Assembly: GCA_045837725.1 (NCBI GenBank)
Contig: JBEWZL010000216.1
Span: 434,001-489,670, forward strand
Direction of reading: 5' to 3'
From: Vermamoeba vermiformis
Lineage: Eukaryota
DNA: 55,670 bases
In this document: positions 42,141-53,275 of the stretch, piece after piece
Numbering within the stretch: the first letter of the stretch is position 1
Layout: each line of letters begins with the position of its first letter
Program-made: the position numbers and the translations under genes
Notes under the pieces: generated by a model
The model's database searches: none
What the model saw: only the letters and a program-made list of their open reading frames with translations
Told to the model about the DNA's origin: nothing

Positions 42141-45100
42141 ATGGCTCGTCCAATTCACTTCGCCTTAGGGCTGATAATATGGGCGATCTCATTATCGACA
42201 TTAGTAGCGGCAACCAGGTAAGTCACAACGCAACTCACGTTCAATTAAGTTATTAACATCGGATCGTTAGCTGTTCGGCAGACTGGGAGTGCCATAAGAA
42301 CGAATACTGCAACAATAAGATATGCACTACGGCAGCAGGAGCGTCAGTAGATTCATTTTATCCATTTGGATTGATCAACGGTACGTTCTCTTAACGAAGA
42401 AAATAGTTTTATTAACAAATGATCAGGCGATAAATCTTTGTACGGCGACGATGGCAAAGCGATAATTACATCAAGCTTTAAGTTTCCGTTTGCTGGCACG
42501 ACATACAGCTACGTGTTTATCAGCAGCAATGGTGTGATTTCATTGGGCACGGACAAAGACGCGCCGTTCAATAACTTGGACCCGCGTGCATTCCCCGTGG
42601 AGAATGCGACCTTGATAGCACCTCTTTGGCTCGATTATGGTAAGTAATGTTATCGCTGTGTCATGGTCACGAGCTGTCATTGACGGACTATCCCTAGACA
42701 ATCGCGAGCCATTGGCTAATGGAGCTAATTCCATATTTTACCGGGTCGAAACGGATCCAGTGATGCTCACTCAAGTAAGCAGTGACATCAATACTGCGTT
42801 CGGAACGACAAGCTTCAGTGCTACTGACGCGGTAATTGCGACATGGTTTAAAGTGGCCAAGTGGAAGCGAAGCACGGACCTGTTGAATACGTTCCAAGTA
42901 GTGCTTGCCACGAGCGGATCCGAGAGTTACGTTATCTTCTTCTACAATCGTAAGTACTTTGAATAGTAATCAGTTCATATACTCATCATCTCGGACAGAC
43001 ATCGGTACGGTGAAGGTTCATGGCCTTTATGCTCGCGCTGGCTTCAACTCTAATTCTGGCGGTGTTACTAGCGCTGACTTCGAGTTGACCGGCAGTGGCA
43101 CTGCGCAAGTGGCCACCTCATTAGAACAATCAACCAACTCCAATACCACTGGCCGCTGGATGTACAAAGTTGATAGCACGAGTATCAAAGATCCCACAGG
43201 TGTCATCGCCACGCCACCTCCAACCCCGGTCGGTCCTTCACCACCCGTGTCCGTGACTACTTCTCGCCGCGATGTCGGTAGTGCACTTACAACCGATGCA
43301 CCCTTCTTCCCCTTTTTGATGGACCACTCGATAACTCCACCCGCAAGCTTGTTGGGACCAATCAGCAAGCCTTATCCGACCAACTCGTGGCACACGAATA
43401 TGTGGCTCAATCAAGGCAACATGCCTATCGTCACAAGCCCATACATCATTGAAGTGCGCAACACGGGAGTTCAAATGAGCTACTCGCCCCGTACATTCCA
43501 AGCCAGTGGTGGATACACGGTTTTCACCGAAAACTTCGCCATGCTGGTGAGCGAAACAATTGCTCAGCGCCGAGTGTTGGACTGGGACCTGTTGAGCGTC
43601 ACATTGATTTGGTCGAACAATCAGCCTACTACTTACGACCCCAACACTATCAATTACGGAACTCGTGCCAGTTCGATGATTGCCCCATTAGTACAAGGCA
43701 GCCCGTACATTACTACCAAGTGGAGTGGTCTCACACCCGTAATCACAACTGCACACGCAATCTTGTCTATCAACGGAGGAACTGGCACTTCATTCACTGG
43801 AACCAAATTCAAGTTTGTGCTGAACAATGGGCAAACTTGGATTTTGTACGCAAGCAATACCATTACATTCACGCTCTCTGGCAGCACTCTTACCGCTACG
43901 AGCACATACGAAGGTGTTCTTCGCGCTGCATGCATGACCGACGCTAGCTTCGAGTCAGTTCTCGATCAGTACAAGAACAGTATTCCCATCGCTTCGAAAG
44001 TTGGCTGGGCCGCCTCTGGCAACACAGCGGTCATCGAGTTCGAATATGTTACTGAAGATGATTCAGATCCACTCATGATGACCCTCCCACATCACCGCGA
44101 TATGATGTCTGGTGTCACCTACGTCATGCCTGAAGCTTACGTGACAATGAAAGGAAAGATGAGCGGATTGGTTGGCAAAACTTGGAAGATGAACGAACAA
44201 CTCACGACGATCACTTGGGGTGCTGCTCGAAGCGTCCCTTCGCAATACACAGACGCAATCCGCGCCGCACTTCAGTCTGACCAAACTTTGACCCAGACTG
44301 CTAGTGACACGTACGCCAGCGGCAAGAACTTGGCGGCTATGGCCCGCCTCATTCTAATTGCAGACGAAATTGGCGAAACCACCATTGCATCGAGCATTCG
44401 CGATCGATTGAAGACTTTGCTCGAGAAATGGTTCAACAGCCAAACTTCAGACACTTTTGTTTACGACAGAACGTGGGGTGGTGTAACTTCTTCGAACAGC
44501 ATCAAGGACAGCGGCCAAGATTATGGTATTGGCAACTACAACGACGTTCACTTCCATTTGGGCTATTTTGTTTACGCAGCAGCGGCAGTGGCCAAGAGTG
44601 ACTCTGCATGGGCTGCAAAGTGGGCTCCAGCAGTCAATGATCTGATTCGTGGCTATGCCAATCCAGTGCACGACACTTACTTCCCAGTCACCCGAATGAA
44701 AGATTGGTTCGTTGGTCACTCTTGGGCCTCTGGTTTATTCGAATTTGGTGACATTAAGAACCAAGAGTCGTCATCAGAGTCAATCAACGCTTATTACGGC
44801 ATGTATCTTTGGGGCCTAGCGACAAACAGCGCAAACTTGCGCGATCTTGGTCGTGTGATGCTCGCGCAAGAGATTCGTTCCACGAAGAAGTACTGGCACA
44901 TGGACAACAAATCAAACGAGATCTACGATCAAGTCTTTGCTGATAATGGCTGCGTGGGCATGGTTTGGGGCATGAAAGTTGATTTCGCCACGTGGTTCGG
45001 TTTGAACATCGAATACATTGTCGGCATTCAAATGATGCCCTTCACTCCGATCTCCGAAGAGTACTTGACCTCCACTTGGATCAACACCGTTTATCCATCG

Positions 45101-45280
45101 CTGTCTACTGCTCTCACGCGCAGCACACCTGTACTTGAAGATGGCTGGAAGGGCTTTATTTTCATGGCACAAGCTGTGTTGGATCGTGCAACCGCGTGGA
45201 CGAATATCAACACACTGTCTAATTGGGATAATGGCAATAGTAAGACGAACGCTTTGTATTGGGTGGCAACACGGCAGTAA
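42141..45280 (+). CDS. Secreted NIDO-domain + GH81 endo-beta-1,3-glucanase
   Basis: Signal peptide, then NIDO motifs (FYPFG, ISSNGVIS, IAPLWLD, NTFQVVLAT, ARAGFN, GRWMYKVD), a Pro/Thr linker, and GH81 motifs (PYPTNSW, PLVQGSPYIT, YNDVHFHLGY, GHSWASGL, NQESSSES). Confidence 0.9.
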
Positions 45281-45843
45281 CAACTTGTTGTAAATAAAAA
45301 TTGATTTTTAATATTAATTGAACAATACCAGCAAAGAAACACAATGAACTAACTCTATGAAAGTCGAAGTTACTCGTAAATGAATTGTTAAGGACGAAAA
45401 CACCAAAGATTTGGTAAGCCTTTTGGATCTTGCGTAACCTTATTATAGCCCGTAACCTAAATACAAATTGTAAAATTGAAATTAATTTAATACGTCAAAA
45501 TTTGGTTACGTTAACCAGATCGGTGGTCGTTCATCTGCTTTCGAAAAGGAAAACCGAGCCAAAAAATGGTCTGACCTTGGCCGAGATTTTTTATTGGCCA
45601 ATTTTCGTAATTACGCGATCCATTTTTGTTAGTAATAATAAATAAATAATTTGTTTTGTGAAGTAAATAATTATTTGGTGCAGGACAATTTCACCGAACT
45701 ATTTCGATCTCGTGATCTGTCAAATCGGTCATTAGCTATTACAAGTTACGAAGGTAGTTTAGTTGATTTAAGATTTAGTTTTTTGTCAAAATTAATTTGT
45801 ATTTTGCCAACTAATACACTTCGCTCCCTAGGCACTGACAACA

Positions 45844-46192
45844 ATGCTTCCAGTTTTGCCCACCGAAATTATAACAAACCAAATATTGCCTCTCACCCCG
45901 ACAGAGTCGCTCTTCGTGTCTCGTCACTACCACAATATTGCCCTGACCTTACTAGCACCAACAGATCCCTGTAAATTTTCTTGCCAATTAACAACATTCA
46001 TTCGTTTTAAGGCTGTGCGATCTGCCTCTGTGCTGCTCTCTCTTCTTGATAGATCCAAGCCTTTCCCACAATGACGCATTTCTTGCAGCAGTCCAGTCAA
46101 AAAATGAAGACCTACTGCGGCAACTCGTCGAACATCCGCGTTTTGATGTTAACAGCATGATACATCAAGACAATCGCCTATCTCAAACACCT
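45844..46192 (+). pseudogene. Truncated and frameshifted F-box-like + ankyrin-like gene
   Basis: LPVLPTEIITNQIL...FVSRHY is F-box-like. After a frameshift near 46048, DPSLSHNDAFLAAVQSKNEDLLRQLVEHPRFDVN is ankyrin-like. The sequence then runs directly into unrelated CpG-poor DNA. Confidence 0.55.
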
Positions 46193-47243
46193 TTAGAATG
46201 TCATATCTGTTTCAAAGTCCTTGTGTTGAACCTGAGCATTGCAATCAACCTGTATATTTGAAATGTGATCAACTGGCTGTTGGGAGTTGTGCTCTAGATG
46301 ATTTAAGCGTTCCATCATGGCCTGTTGTTGAGTCATTATAGTGGACAACATTTTTTGCAAGGAAGCACTGGAGTCCTCAGTAGGAGCAGTGCTTTGGGTT
46401 TTTGTGTGAATCTCTGGAATATTGGTGCTGGTTTCTATTGGGGTTGTGCTGTCAATGCTCACTGATGGCTTGCGTGGAGTAACTTTCTTTTGCTAAACAG
46501 GAATCTCATCAGAGCTACTATTTGAGTCCTCTACTGTCTTGTTAGTATTTGGGCAATGTTTTCGCAGAACCTTTCGCTTCTTCTTTGGAGTATCTTCACT
46601 GTGTGTAGTTGCCTGGCGCTTTCTGGCAGCAGAACGAGTTTCTACATGTGTAGGCTCTTTTGGAGGTTGACTTTGCTTTTGATGTTTGGCAGGTTTGCTA
46701 GCCTTGGGAGTAGGACCAGTTATTTTCTGTTCACACCATTTGTCGAACAGTTGATTAACATAGTGCTTTTCTTGCTCTGTCAAAATGCGATGTACTTTCT
46801 ATTGACAAGTGGTTAGAAACATGGTGATGTGATTGTAAACTTACTGTATACTCTTTCAAATGAAATTCCTTGATTGTTGCTGTCTTCAAGCAGCAAGCAA
46901 CAATGTACTTATTGTGGCCTTCAAATCCCCGCAATATTCCAACAACAATCCACTCTTCATTGTCGCACTTGATTATGTCATCAATGCAATAAGAGAGTAT
47001 GCCCTTGTGATCGAGTACCTCTTCGTACAGTGTTGAGTGGGCAAGGCAAATATCTTGTGAAGCATACCAAGTCAATCCATCAGCTTCAATTTGGATAGGG
47101 TGCTATAATAAACGGCGATATCAATTTGGATTTGATTACAGAAAAACTAAGTGAGAGCATTTGAACACTGATCGTTTGCATTAGCATACCTGATTTGTTT
47201 GCATGTCTGATTTGCCACTTGTTGCTGTGGTGCTCATGGGCAT
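46193..47243 (-). pseudogene. Three-exon CpG-depleted gene with an in-frame premature stop, possibly transposon cargo or accessory gene
   Basis: ATG at 47243. GT-AG introns near 47190-47103 and 46844-46799 join MPMSTT..NQ|HPIQIEADGLTWY..KEYT|KVHRILTEQEK. TAG at 46495-46493 is in frame with the downstream QKKVTPRK...MTF stop. Confidence 0.55.
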
Positions 47244-47649
47244 TGTGGTAGATCTGATCTGAAAAAAAACTCAATAAATTGGTGTTGCATAAACTCACAA
47301 ACGATTGATCTATTAAGAGTTATATGGTTCCCTGGGAAAAACACACTCTGTCGCTCTAATTCTGCCCTGCGCTAACCTCTTCAATGCCCTTTCTTTCACA
47401 CATTTAAAACTTGTGCTATCTCAGAAATATTTTATAAAATTCTCAGAGGATCAAGTGTTTTACGAATACATGTAAGATATTAATTGAACAGTAGGACGAA
47501 ACAAAGTCTGGTTGGTTCGATTTGGATGTGAAAGTAAAAAGTGCAGGAAAAGAAGTGAAAATATGTGGCAGTGCAGAATTATGGAGCAGCAAAAACATTT
47601 TATAGCGACAGGGCACACGTGTTTTTCCAATATAATATTGATATTATTA

Positions 47650-47679
47650 CAGTCGCGGCCAAAAGTATCGCCCCGTCAC
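47650..47679 (+). mobile_element. Possible solo Tc1/mariner-like terminal inverted repeat
   Basis: TA|CAGTCGCGGCCAAAAGTATC resembles the Tc1 end CAGTGCTGGCCAAAAAGATATCC and follows a TA. No partner end or transposase was found in the window. Confidence 0.3.
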
Positions 47680-48175
47680 TTGACGAGGGCCATTACCAGT
47701 TTTGAAGAGGTAGACTATGAAGATATCCTATTGAAAATATATGCCAGCTCTGATAGTATTTTTCATTATATTTGCATAGCTGGCAAACATTGGTGAAGGT
47801 TGTTTTGGTCAAACGAATGTTTCCGAGCCATAAAATCCGCGAAAAGCAGTTTTTGATTTTTAACTGCTTAGAGAGGAGTCCAATCAAACTGCTACTAATA
47901 CATATGGGTAGTACAAGTACCTTGTCAATTCAGAAAAATATGCTGAACACTGGAAGAGGTTAGGTCCTGGAGGAATAAATTGCCGCAAATTAATTCCATT
48001 TGCCGAACCCCATTTCCGCAGTTGTGCCGAAACTTTCGCAAGATTCATATATACTACAGGGCTTGGCCAAACAGGGCTAGCCCTAAAAATTATCCAAAAA
48101 GTTTTGTAAAGTCAACTTTTCTGGCAGTTTTTCAACCAAGAGTTCGACATTGAGCAATTGCACAAGTGTGAGCAA

Positions 48176-48485
48176 GAGTTGTAGAGTGCTAACGAGAGTT
48201 GCTGAGCACTAATGAGAGTCACTGAGTGCTAATGAGAGTCACCGCAAGCTAACAGGAGTCGCTGAGTAGCGAGAGTTGCTGAGCGCTAACAAGTCACCAA
48301 GTGCTAACGAGAGTTGCTGCACACTAATGGGAGTCGCCAAGCGCTAATGGGAGTCGCCGAGCGCTAACGAGAGTTGCCGAGCACTAGTGAGAGTCGCCAA
48401 GCACTAATGAGAGTCACAGAGCACTAACAAGACTAGCCGAGCACTAGCGAGAGTTGCCGAGCACTAACTAGAGTCGCCAAGAGTT
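48176..48485. repeat. 20-bp minisatellite, about 15 copies, consensus GAGTCGCCGAGCGCTAACGA
   Basis: Read directly. Example copies: GAGTCGCCGAGCGCTAACGA, GAGTTGCTGAGCACTAATGA, GAGTCGCCAAGCACTAATGA, GAGTCACTGAGTGCTAATGA. Confidence 0.92.
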
Positions 48486-48608
48486 AATTTGAGTTGAGGG
48501 CTGACAAGAGTAATTACACACCAGAGAGATTAAATGTTGAAAGAGTTTATTCATTTTACAATATAACAAGTTAGAATAAAACAACAACTGTACTGGTAAG
48601 GGCAAAAC

Positions 48609-49128
48609 TATGACCACAATGGTCACAACTGAAATTAAAGTCCTTTACAGTTGTCTCTAGCAGGAAATGATGTAAATTTAAGTCTTTCAAGGTTGTCTCC
48701 ACAGGGAGACGATGTAAAAAAAACAAAGTTTAAAACTTCGTGACCACAGTGGTCACGAGCTAAGAAAATTGATGTCACGTCATTGGAGGTCGTCTCCACG
48801 GGGAGACGATGTCTGAAAAAACTAAGTCCGATAGAGGTCGTCTCCACGAGGAGACGATGTCTAAAAAAACTAAGTCCTACAGAGGTCGTCTCCACAGGGA
48901 GACGATGTTAAAAAAAATTAAAGTCCTGCAAGGCCGATGTAACAAAAAAACTAAGTCCCACTTCGTGACCGCACTGGTCACGAACTAAGAAAAATTAAAG
49001 TCCCTTGAGGTCGTCTCCACAGGGAGACGATGTAAAAAAATTCAAAGTCCCTTGAGGTCGTCTCCACAGGGAGACGATGTAAAAAATTCAAACTCGAAAA
49101 ACTTCGTGACCGCACTGGTCACGAACTA
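48609..49128. repeat. Array of two palindromic hairpin repeats, A (7 copies) and B (4 copies), separated by A-tracts
   Basis: A is TCGTCTCC-ACRR-GGAGACGA, near 48691, 48787, 48834, 48883, 49007 and 49054, with a degenerate copy at 48650. B is TTCGTGACC-(ACAGT/GCACT)-GGTCACGA, near 48737, 48962 and 49103, with a degenerate copy at 48609. Confidence 0.92.
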
Positions 49129-50140
49129 CAACAAAAAACAATCAAAATAACTTACAATTTAGTGGGCAGGCGTGATCTATTGGAGCCATAACTCGTAACT
49201 AGTGACGACACGAGCGAGACTCGTAGTTACAATCATGCCGTCACTACTTGCGATGAGGCTCACTTAACTTACTAAGATTTTACAAGCAAATGGCAGAACG
49301 ATCCGCACTTGAAGCGTTGTCCAAAGACACCACGTTGCCAGAGCTACCTCGTCTTGTTACGAAGCACGACTGTAATTTAAGAATAAATATTATTATCTGT
49401 TGCTACCTTGCGGGTAAATAAAATTAATACGCGTTGTTGTGGTTGTGGTTGCAACGTAAAATAATGGTAACGAACCGAAAAGGAAATCTTGCCATTCAAC
49501 TGACAAATAAGATTTATTCTTTGGATTTTCTGCCGATATTTCCTGTCACGTGTGTGATTTCGCCGTTTGTGCGCAGGGTTCTGCGCTGCGCAGGGCTTAA
49601 CGACCGTTATTTTTGTCATCAAAACGCACCAAACAAGCACGAAAGACAGTTTCATATGTAACAGTGCTCGTGTTTGCACTGGCAATGGTCACCAATTATT
49701 TTACTTCAGCTGATCCAAATCAAAATTAAATCGTTTATCTTGCGCAAAGGTAGCTACCACGATTTCTCTGTAATTATGTTAGTCGCAGCGCACGAGACGG
49801 CATTGCTGTAGCTGCTCGCGTTGCTGATAATTTACCCTCCCGCCCAAATCTGATTTGAAATTTTTGAAAGTCACCGCAGGACATTAACGAATAACCTTTT
49901 TTTTGCTGTTGATTTGCGGGATTTTGACCACGAGTCGCCTTGTGGTGTAATTAATTTTGACAGTTAACACTCGTGCACAGGGTTTATCAAACAGAACGAA
50001 CGGTCTCTCGCGGAGATCGGAGTAAATCTGTTTTTGCAAAGAAATGATGTAATAAACTCAACCACAAAGTGAGGAATTATTTTTTCTTATTTATTTATTC
50101 TAGTTACAATATGCAAGTAACGCGTCACGCAACAGAAGAT

Positions 50141-50297
50141 GTTCAGCACGAGCTATTTTGGCTGTGGAATTGAAAATTAGATGTGAACTTAGATTCGCAT
50201 CAGATCGACCACAAGGGTCGAGTTATTATTATTGTTATTGTTATTATTGATAGTAAACACGCGCCCTGCGACAATCAGCGTCGTTGCAGCGCGAGAC
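50141..50297 (+). repeat. Leader repeat copy 1 (two conserved stem-loops)
   Basis: GTTCAGC..GAG, then AACTTAGATTCGCATCAGATCGACCACAAGGGTCGAGTTA (50186-50225), then CAGCGTCGTTGCAGCGCGAGAC. Confidence 0.9.
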
Positions 50298-51258
50298 AAT
50301 GAACGAGCAAGGATTGCACGAATCTCGGTGCCGAGACCGAGATAATTCAAGGTAATATTTCAAAATATATATAATTCCGTGTGTATAAATATTATATCTT
50401 AATTTCAAAATTTTAATTTTCTGTAAACTAAATTGGATTCGGATGCTCGTATTTTATCCGAATTTTCAAAAAATATCGTTTAGTTAATTGCTATACAATA
50501 CAACTAACAGGTAATTTTTATTACAGATTGCAATATCAATTTTGTGGCGATCGAATGTTATTTAATTTTGATCATTCCTGCGATCACCACCAATGGTCGC
50601 TAAGGGTTATTGAGCGCTATTACGCTCGTGCTTTGGTTGGTTCGCGTGGTGGTCACGGAGAGCTTTCTGGACTTGATGCCGAGACACCACCCCTGTACTT
50701 TGGTTGGTGCTAGTGGTCACAGAGCGCAGTACTTGATCCATGGCCGTGAACCGGATTGCGTTAGACGCATCATTATAGTTGGTAAGTTAGTTTTTAATAA
50801 TATCAATGAATAAGGCGCAAGGAACGCGTCACTTTAAAATTTACCATTACCCTGATACTTTACAATAAATTGTTATGCGGATCGAGCTTCGTGCTCGGGT
50901 AAAATTAAAATTGCTGTTGTTCATTTTATTAAAACAATATATTAACCCTTATTTAATAGGTTATTGGAACAACAGAACTAACACGCGAGTTCTAGATCGA
51001 GAGCGAAATCGATCGCTCGCTGACCGGTCAGTGAATGAAGCGTAAGTAGTTTAAGTATTTTATTTTATTGTTATTTAATATTTTAATTTATTTATGCTTT
51101 AGAAATTCACGATGACGGATCTCGAACGCGATCTTCCCGCGTTGACAACTTCAATACATTGATTGAAATATAGCACCGTAAGTATTCCTAGCGTTAATAT
51201 TGAGCAATATTAACGCGTTATGCAATCAGAAATGGCCCAGGCGTACACCGTGCTGTCC
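50141..51258 (+). ncRNA. Putative spliced non-coding unit 1 (leader + 4 introns, truncated by unit 2)
   Basis: Conserved leader at 50141-50297. Donors at 50352, 50782, 51042 and 51178 with acceptors at 50526, 50959, 51102 and 51229. No credible ORF. Transcription is inferred, not shown. Confidence 0.45.
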
Positions 51259-51398
51259 GTTCAGCGCGAGTTATTTGGATGAAAAGTAGAACTTGGATTC
51301 GCGTCAGATCGACCACAAGGGTCGAGCTATTTATTATTGATATTGTTATAGTTGATATTCAACACACGTCAAGCGATAATCCGCGTCGTTCCAGCGCG
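51259..51398 (+). repeat. Leader repeat copy 2
   Basis: AACTTGGATTCGCGTCAGATCGACCACAAGGGTCGAGCTA (51290-51329), then CCGCGTCGTTCCAGCGCG. Confidence 0.9.
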
Positions 51399-53020
51399 GC
51401 GTTAAGATCTCGCGATCACCTGCACCTAGGCCTTGGAATAGTGATTCGGTAAGTTTTTTTAAATATTAGTAAGTATATATATATATATATTAAAATAATT
51501 GTAGCAAATAGACAATTTCAACTTTTAAATGCAAGAAATTCGAAAATTGATTGTTTCCTAGGATCGAGCTTCGTACTCGAACCAAATTTAAATTTTCGGT
51601 TTTAGACATTTAAATATTCTATATTAATTACAATTATGCAGGTAATTTAAAACGAGTATCGGTTGCGGAGTTACTGGACTGACAATAGCCCAAGACAAAT
51701 ATACGGTAAGATAATCATACTATTACTTTAATGTTATTAAATGATCTAATGCGTTTATTTAAGTATTACAACTTCCTTGGCGATGGCTGATCGTTAACGT
51801 GATCTCGCTGAATAAAGTTCGGTCACACGAGTATTCGGCAAAAGGTAAGTACATCAATAATCAATGATAGTTATTAACTTTTATATTATTAGATTTAATT
51901 AAAACGATCTTTTTACGATGATTGAAAAGCGAGGTACGAGATCTTCGAAGTTTTGATGTAGCGCATAGAACGCTCTAACAGTAAGTATTCCCGTTTTGTA
52001 TCGTTATTACAGTTTGCTGATATTAATATTAACATTGAAAAATAGGTTGCAGTGGGCCTCGCGTCGTACACAGGATCCGACTTTTAAATTATAATTGCGC
52101 GCATCACTCGCGCTTAAAGTAAGTCAAATAGTGTTTTAAATTATTGCATTAAGGTACTAACGTCATTTATTTATTATTAGAGCCGTCTTGGATAAATTTG
52201 TAGATGGATTCGGTGACGAGATCTAGCGCGTTGAAATTTTTAAATGTGCGAACTGATGGATCGAGGTAAGGTAAAAAATCGTTTAACCTATCACGTAATA
52301 ACGTTGTTATAGCCCGATAAGGGTCAGTGTGACCTTTGAGTGCAACAATTCGGATCGACTGCCAGCGGATGTTAAAATTTCGCTGCTGATGGCTTTCAAA
52401 GTAAGTAAGATACAGTCAATAACGCACTTATTACTTATTTTAATATTCTTTTTTTGTTTAGATGGCCTGTTTACGTGACGTGGCTTGGCGTTATATCTCG
52501 GATCAACCCCGACAAAAGTACGGCTGCGAAATACGAATGTGAGTATATATATATATTGCATTACATAATATTTAGAATGTATTAAAATCGTTGTCAATAC
52601 AGAACATTATGGTGGAAGCGAAAGAATGGACACGAGGCACGCGTGATCTGATCGCGCTCAATATTTTATTGGTACGAAGAAAAGGCTGGTAAGTATTGAA
52701 AATAGATCATATTACATACGTACTAACGCGTTATATTATATAGTGGCTCAATCAGTTGACAGTGCGATGAAAAACGATCCGCAACTTGAGCGGATTGATT
52801 CGAGAACATACTTCCAGAGATTATGTAAGTTAATTTATTGGCTCATAATGATGATGTATTTATTAACATATGCTTATATAACCAGAGTCCATTCAATTTA
52901 CTTACTGAATCCTCGCGGATCGAGAATTAACTATTTTTAGAACGCGTCTAGACCTCACGCGAGCAATTTTCAATGTAATAGGTTCAGGCAATAATAAACG
53001 ACTTGTACACAATAAAAGTG
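51259..53020 (+). ncRNA. Putative spliced non-coding unit 2 (leader, 11 exons, 10 introns, polyA signals)
   Basis: GTAAG/GTGAG donors at 51449, 51706, 51845, 51981, 52119, 52266, 52401, 52539, 52689 and 52825. Each is followed by an AT-rich intron with a YTAAY-like branch point and an AG acceptor. AATAAA near 52993 and 53011. The spliced product has no long ORF. Confidence 0.55.
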
Positions 53021-53136
53021 CTCCCCATAAAGAGATCTCTCCGTTATTTTTAAATACTTTGACAGATCGACCAGAAAGGTCGAAATATTATTTAAAAAAT
53101 GTTAAAGCTGACGGTTTCGCACCGGTTTCAACAGCC

Positions 53137-53275
53137 GTTCAGCGAGTTATCTAGATGATAAGTTTATGTAACTTAGATTCGCATCAGATCGACCACAAGG
53201 GTCGAGTTACCGATAGTATTGTTGTTGTGGATAAGCACGCGCCAAACGACATTCAGCGTCGTTCCAGCGCGAGAC
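53137..53275 (+). repeat. Leader repeat copy 3
   Basis: AACTTAGATTCGCATCAGATCGACCACAAGGGTCGAGTTA (53170-53209), identical to copy 1, then CAGCGTCGTTCCAGCGCGAGAC. Confidence 0.9.

Noticed and set aside
47512-47963. Short ORFs as a transposase remnant
   Set aside because: No DDE, HTH or other motif is recognisable. Only a weak TIR-like end is present.
48635-48895. 86-aa ORF with repeated ETTS..LSFFRHRL
   Set aside because: It is simply the translation of the hairpin repeat on the minus strand.
48787-49080. Synthetic Golden Gate cassette (inverted BsmBI sites CGTCTC/GAGACG)
   Set aside because: The copies are naturally diverged and CpG-decayed, and no vector sequence is nearby.
48609-49128. 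CRISPR array
   Set aside because: The repeats are palindromic, but the intervening sequences are near-identical A-tract/AAGTCC linkers rather than unique spacers. Two repeat types alternate, there are no cas genes, and the context is eukaryotic.
49289-49685. Short ORFs between the hairpin array and the spliced array
   Set aside because: They have no motifs, no consistent exon structure and AT-rich composition.
50186-50225. Hammerhead ribozyme on the minus strand (hairpin followed by CTGAYGC)
   Set aside because: The core would need CUGANGA, a stem II, GAAA and a UH cleavage site. Only CUGAYG is present.
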